The notes under the pieces are model-generated. The model did no database searches and was not told where the DNA came from. It worked only from the letters and a program-made list of their open reading frames with translations. Below, piece after piece: positions 58,801 through 64,000 of a stretch of 64,000 nucleotides of DNA. The position numbers and the translations under genes were made by a program. Origin of the DNA: Nemertoderma westbladi (Eukaryota > Animalia > Xenacoelomorpha); the NCBI GenBank assembly GCA_032718475.1, contig JAUCBJ010005827.1, positions 1-64,000 of the forward strand, written 5' to 3'. Position 1 is the first letter of the stretch; the number at the start of each line of letters is the position of its first letter.

Positions 58801-61068
58801 AGAAACTCCTAGTGGACGAACATCAGGTGAACCAAACCCGCGGGTTTGGAATCCGCCAATGGATCATCAACCCGGTTTGAAAGAAAACTTCTGAGTTAAA
58901 CCGGAGGAAGGGTCTTATGAAAGGAAACGTCTTAGCCAAATAGAGCCGACATCTCAGAGAAACCCAAGTCAGGAATTCATCATAAGGGAGGAGTTAAGCA
59001 CCAGTAAAGTGCAAGCTATATCCCTGCACATCCAGCCTATAACTGATATGCTTAGCATCCTACAACTGAGAGAAGCAGCCCAGCTAAGGACTAATTCTGA
59101 TCCCAGCAAACAAGAACAAGGTGAAGCCTAGCCTGGCGCACGAGTAAGAATATCAGAGGCGACAATACCACAAAGGCCTCAGGTAAGGACACCTGTTCCT
59201 ACAATCTGCAATCCTGATTTCCTGTACTTGGACGAGAGATTTATAGAAGAGGCTTGGATTAGGGCATCAGGCTGTAAACCACTGCGAGATTAGGTAAATA
59301 ATACTGACTCAAGTGAGGAAGGGGAGGATTTAAGATGTCAGAAATGCTATAACCAGAAGGAGGAAAGACTATGGTAGAGCAGGTAAGTATGAACCCTTAA
59401 GAAGGACTCGACTCAGACTCGACAACCCTGCAGAGTTGACCAACTCATTAATCCAGAATGATGCCACCCTTAGAGACATTGGGAAGTTTGCCGCCAGGCA
59501 GGGATTGCCAGCGCAACAACCTCAGAAGTTTATGGGCAACCATAAACACTGGAGGACGTTTAAGACTTATATAAATGAGCAGTAACCAACAGTACCTTTA
59601 CCCCCAATGAAAAATTCAATTACTTATTGCAAATGCTCCATCGAGAGCCAAGGACCATTGCCGACAATTTCATCAGGAATGAAAATGCATTTGAACTAAC
59701 AATGAAGACCCTTAGCAACCTCTATGGGCAACCTCTATAAAACCAAAATGGCGCAATCGATAGTAGAGGATTTGGGGAAGGGTGGAAAAATTACAACACC
59801 GTTGGAACTGTTAAACTTGGCCAATGCCATTACAAATGCCCTAGATATATTAAAAACAGTGAATCTTCCGCACTATGGTGACCACACTGAGGTTTTAAAG
59901 AGTATAATAAGACGCCTGAACTTTCGTTATTGGCAAAAATGGCGAAATTTAGAGAACAAATTGGATGTTCAAGATAAAGTGTTAACGCTCAGACATATTC
60001 ATGATATGAAAGCAACCGACGATATCGCCGAGGTGATGGCAAACTTCTCAGAAGAGAATATGAGAGAAGTAAAACCTGCTTTGGGAAGGTCTATGGTAAG
60101 TGTCAATGAAGACAGACAGTCTGTGACATTTAATACAGTAGACAAATATAACCAGAGTACCCCCGCCTTGAGATCAGACTCGCTAGTCTGGTCAGGTGAG
60201 AGGTCGGACAGGCCTAGTATAAAGCAACAGGAGTTGCCAGTTGGATTTGTGGGATGTCAGTTCTCTTAAAGGAAGTAAGGTCAGATGACCATAAGTTAGA
60301 AAATTGCAGGCGCTTCAAAGAATTGAGCTCAGAACAGAGACAGATTCAAGTGCAGACGTTAGGTACCTGTTGGGCATGTCTTGATCCAGGTCATGTAAGA
60401 TGCCAGTGCTCGAACAGTGGAAACGGATTTGTAGAGTGTGACAGATTATATCATAAACTGCTATACGACGATTTCCATACTCCCACAAATCCTTATCTAC
60501 AGGAAAACTCGGATAAAGGGAGAGGTAAGGTAAGATCTACATCTCTATACTCACATGAGTCCATAGACCATCCAGATATAGATGTCTCAAGAAGAGATTG
60601 TAAAGATCATGATGAAAACGCTTGTGACTCGGAGGAGGAGTTATGTTCTGAAAAAGACCAGTTAGAAGAACTGAGTTATTACACAGAAACAGATAGTGAT
60701 TATACCCCTGAGGATGATATCGAAGAGCGCCATTTTGGTGCTAAAAGTGGGTTTAACAGACACAGAACGTTCCTAAGTGACGTCATTGTATATACCTACA
60801 TAATAGAGGGTCAGGTAGCAAAGCGTTGTAACTTAGATACATCTCAAGTAGGTGTTGAGGAGCGGCCTAAAGAGTCATTGGAGCAGCCTAAAGGGTCATT
60901 GGAGCGGCCTAACGAGTCATTGGAGCAGCCTGAAGAGTCATTGGAGCAGCCCATAGACTTCTTAGATCAAGAGACATACGTGACCACAAGCTCTGGAAGG
61001 GTTAGTTATGACATAAAGCCACCCCTACAGATGGCTCAAGGAGCTCAAGTGTCACAGTTAGTAAGTAA

Positions 61069-63613
61069 GGGGCCGTCCAAGTATGACGTCAGCACTTTAG
61101 GGGGGGGAGGGGGGTTGGGAAAATCTGATGACGTGCTGATGAGGGGAGGGGAGGGGGTCAGCCAAAATCTGACGTCAGCATGTTCATTTATAGGTGCTAG
61201 AAGAGATATAGCAGATTAGCAGTAGAGTAAATAGCTTGCCTATTTTAATTGTTCGAAGGCCCGTAGCACGACCTTCTGTTTCAGTTACCAGTCACCATGT
61301 TTCAGTGATTAGGACGCGTGCTACTGGGGTACTGCGGTACTGGGGTTCGCCTGAAAATGAAACATTAATCCTAAGCTAATGATTGTTAGAGACTGCAGTA
61401 CCGGTACTTCTACTGGTTCATATAGGCCTATTATTAGCTTATGTTTGTTTATTATCATTCATAAACTGCTGTCGCATCAGGTACAAGTATGTAAACGATA
61501 GGCTATCCTGCTACAACTCTATAACTTCCTATATAGATAAGCTATGTAACTACAGCCAGCCCCTGTGCCCGCCCCCTCCAATGCAATATAATACCTTTAT
61601 CCTGCTGAAAAGTTTTATTATTCTTTTCCAATATTTGATAATTTATTCTTTCTTGGCATACACTTGACTAATTTAATTCGTTCTTTTTGCAGAGCTTTTT
61701 TTAATTTGTTTGTTAATTTATGATTTTATGGTTTGTTTGACTTTAAGATGCCAAAACGGCAAGCAAACTCTTTCAATGACCTCGCTGCTGCACTAAAATT
61801 AAGTGGAAAAGATGCATCAGTCGCTGTCAAGCAGGCCACTGTTGAATATACCGAACTTAAAAAACAATATCCTGTCAGAGCTGCACTAAATGAGGCTGTA
61901 CAGACCCGCATCAGTGATATCAACGCTCAAGCTAAGGCGAAACGAGCACGATTAGATGGTTTTTGGACCAATGCGGCTGCTCCTTGCCCACAGCTTCCAG
62001 TAACTCAAGTTGAGAAACCTCCAGTTGAAGAACCACCAGCCATCGAACAACATCCAGTCGTCGAACAACATCCAGTTATCGAACAACCTGAACCTCTAGT
62101 TGAAAAACTACCAGTACAAGTTTCGGAGAACCTCCAAGCCAAAGAGCCACTCCAAAACAAATTGAGTTGCAATCACAAATTTCAGTGGCCGAAGCGGAAT
62201 TGAATGTCAAGAAATTGGCGAAAGCAACTGGTGTGTTAAACATAACGAAGACCGATATTGATCAGCTTTCAAAAAAAGTAAAGACTCTGAACCAGGAGCA
62301 TAAACGCCTTGTTCAAGGAGCTAACTACAGCGCGAAGTACCGTAGTACAATTAAAGTCAAGCTGCTTGCAGCTGGTAATGTTATTCGTCCGAATAGAGCT
62401 GGAAGACCAAGAATGACGGAAGAACAACCTGGCCTTCTCCAGGCTATCATAGAATATGCAACTTTTTGGGCTTTGGCACATGAGCGGCGACGGAACGAAG
62501 TGGTAAGAAGTTGCCGCACACTGGATGATGTTTGCGAAATGCTTCAGTCTGAGGGATATCATATTAGCCGCAGCGCTGTGCATCTTCGATTCATGCCACC
62601 AAGGTCAAACACACTAGAGGGAAAACGACATGTTGAGTGCCTGCCAGTTCGCATTCGAAGACCAGAGAAAAACATGAGAAATCGACACCAAGATGGCCCT
62701 TTTTGTCGCGCCACAATCAACCAACTTGAGGAATTATCTGCAGTTTTAGGAGAAGAAGATGTGGCTTTCCTCTGTATTGACGACAAGGCTAAGGTGCCCA
62801 TAGGACTTACTGCTGCCAACAAGCAATCGCCTGTTGTAATGCACGTGGAGTATGAAATAAAGCTTCCAGACCATGATTTTGTTATAGCTCAACAGCACAA
62901 ACTGACTCCGAGTGTCTACGCTGGAATTAAAATTGCCAAAACTGACATCACGAACAAGGCAGCCGTTGGATATAATGGCCCAACTTACATTGCAGTTCGT
63001 TCTGGCAAGCACGATAGTTCTACAGCCAGTTCCCACGCAGCTGATTTTCATCGGTTATACGAGCTGCCGGATTTTGACCCCATACTTAAAAGACAAGATG
63101 GAACAAATAAACCTATTGTGATCACTACATGTGATGGTGGACCTGATGAGAACCCACGTTATGAGAAGGTGATTGCACATGCAATGGACCACTTCAAGAA
63201 ATTCAACTTGGATGCATTCTTCATTGCCACCAATGCACCAGGACTATCGGCGTATAACAGAGTTGAACGCAGGAAGGAAGGAACGCAGTTGGAAGAAGTC
63301 GAGCTACCAGTTCCAATTCTGTCTATTGAGGATAGAATCAGTCCCTGGCTGATTGAATAAATATTATAATTTTAATTAATAATTTCATATATGCATATAT
63401 TGCAATATAATTCATAATTTGATTAAAATTAATAATTGAATGATTTACAATAAATAATCTTCATAATATAATAGTTCATTACAAATTTTTTTTTTAATCT
63501 GATTTAGGGGGGGGGGGGGGGGGGGTCAACGCCTATCTGATAACATCTGATTTAGGGGAGGGGGGGGGTCAACATTTTGGGGAAAAGTGCAGACGTCATA
63601 CTTGGACGGCCCC
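61069..63613 (+). mobile_element. Zator DNA transposon (defective)
   Basis: 30-bp TIR GGGGCCGTCCAAGTATGACGTC(A/T)GCACTTT with one mismatch, TAA TSD (61066-61068 and 63614-63616), Zator-type transposase inside. Confidence 0.9.
61733..63360 (+). pseudogene. Zator transposase, frameshifted near 62190 and C-terminally deleted
   Basis: IDDKAKVPIG, LPDHDF, HKLTPSVY, GPTYIAVRSGKHDSS, DGGPDENPRY, APGLSAYNRVERR. Confidence 0.85.
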
Positions 63614-64000
63614 TAACAGACAAGAAATGACCACACTAGTAGTGGAGCCTTCGGTTTACAAATCCGTGGATTTGGATTCAAAGATTCCGTCAGTGGGATC
63701 GCAATTGTCACCAACATGCATTGAGACAGGAGACTATAACTTGTCTTCTGCCTCAAAACAAAATTAATGTCAGAAATGCAGATTCACTTCGTATGCATTC
63801 CTCATATGTAAATACTCGGAAATGCATAGGAGCGGGTTTGTGGTGAATTGCGTTTGAAAATTTGTCTGGTGGGTATCAAATAAATTTTTTTTTGCATTTG
63901 AAAGTTAAAAAATTATAATTACAGTTGAACCCAAGACAAATTCAAACGTAGAATATATATATGAGACATGTTTATAAGAGTACAGTAATTTTGAAAGTCG

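Larger units (their letters stand above)
57053..63790 (+). mobile_element. Degenerate Bel/Pao element, gag region, interrupted by a Zator transposon
   Basis: Coiled-coil ERE-rich region, KFMGN...W..F..EKFNYLLQML...LSNLYG (DUF1759-like), H.LENC..F...R......TCWACL..GH...C....C...H.LL Pao zinc knuckles; many stops; right limit approximate. Confidence 0.75.

Overview
AT-rich, intron-containing animal (invertebrate-like) genomic window, densely nested with transposable elements. Host genes: (1) a minus-strand titin/twitchin-family Ig/FN3 gene, of which 21 phase-consistent exons (about 4.05 kb CDS, 26017 down to 5245) could be assembled by hand; both ends are open and the domain order matches the 7-domain Ig-FN-FN-Ig-FN-FN-FN super-repeat of titin; (2) a divergently oriented ALPK1-like gene, N-terminal ADP-heptose-sensing domain only (27014-28131); (3) a two-exon HPGD-like SDR gene (43382-53659) plus a frameshifted tandem paralog exon (55628). 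Mobile DNA includes piggyBac, Ginger-like, Harbinger-MITE, Zator, Helitron, Bel/Pao, DIRS/Ngaro, CRE, RTE and CR1/L2-group elements. The most unusual feature is that 6 of the 21 splice donors of the Ig/FN3 gene have been tandemly amplified, usually together with the exon 3' end (unrelated 21-48 bp units, 2 to about 27 copies), creating ladders of near-identical 5' splice sites; no acceptor shows this. All calls are from manual reading; no searches were run.
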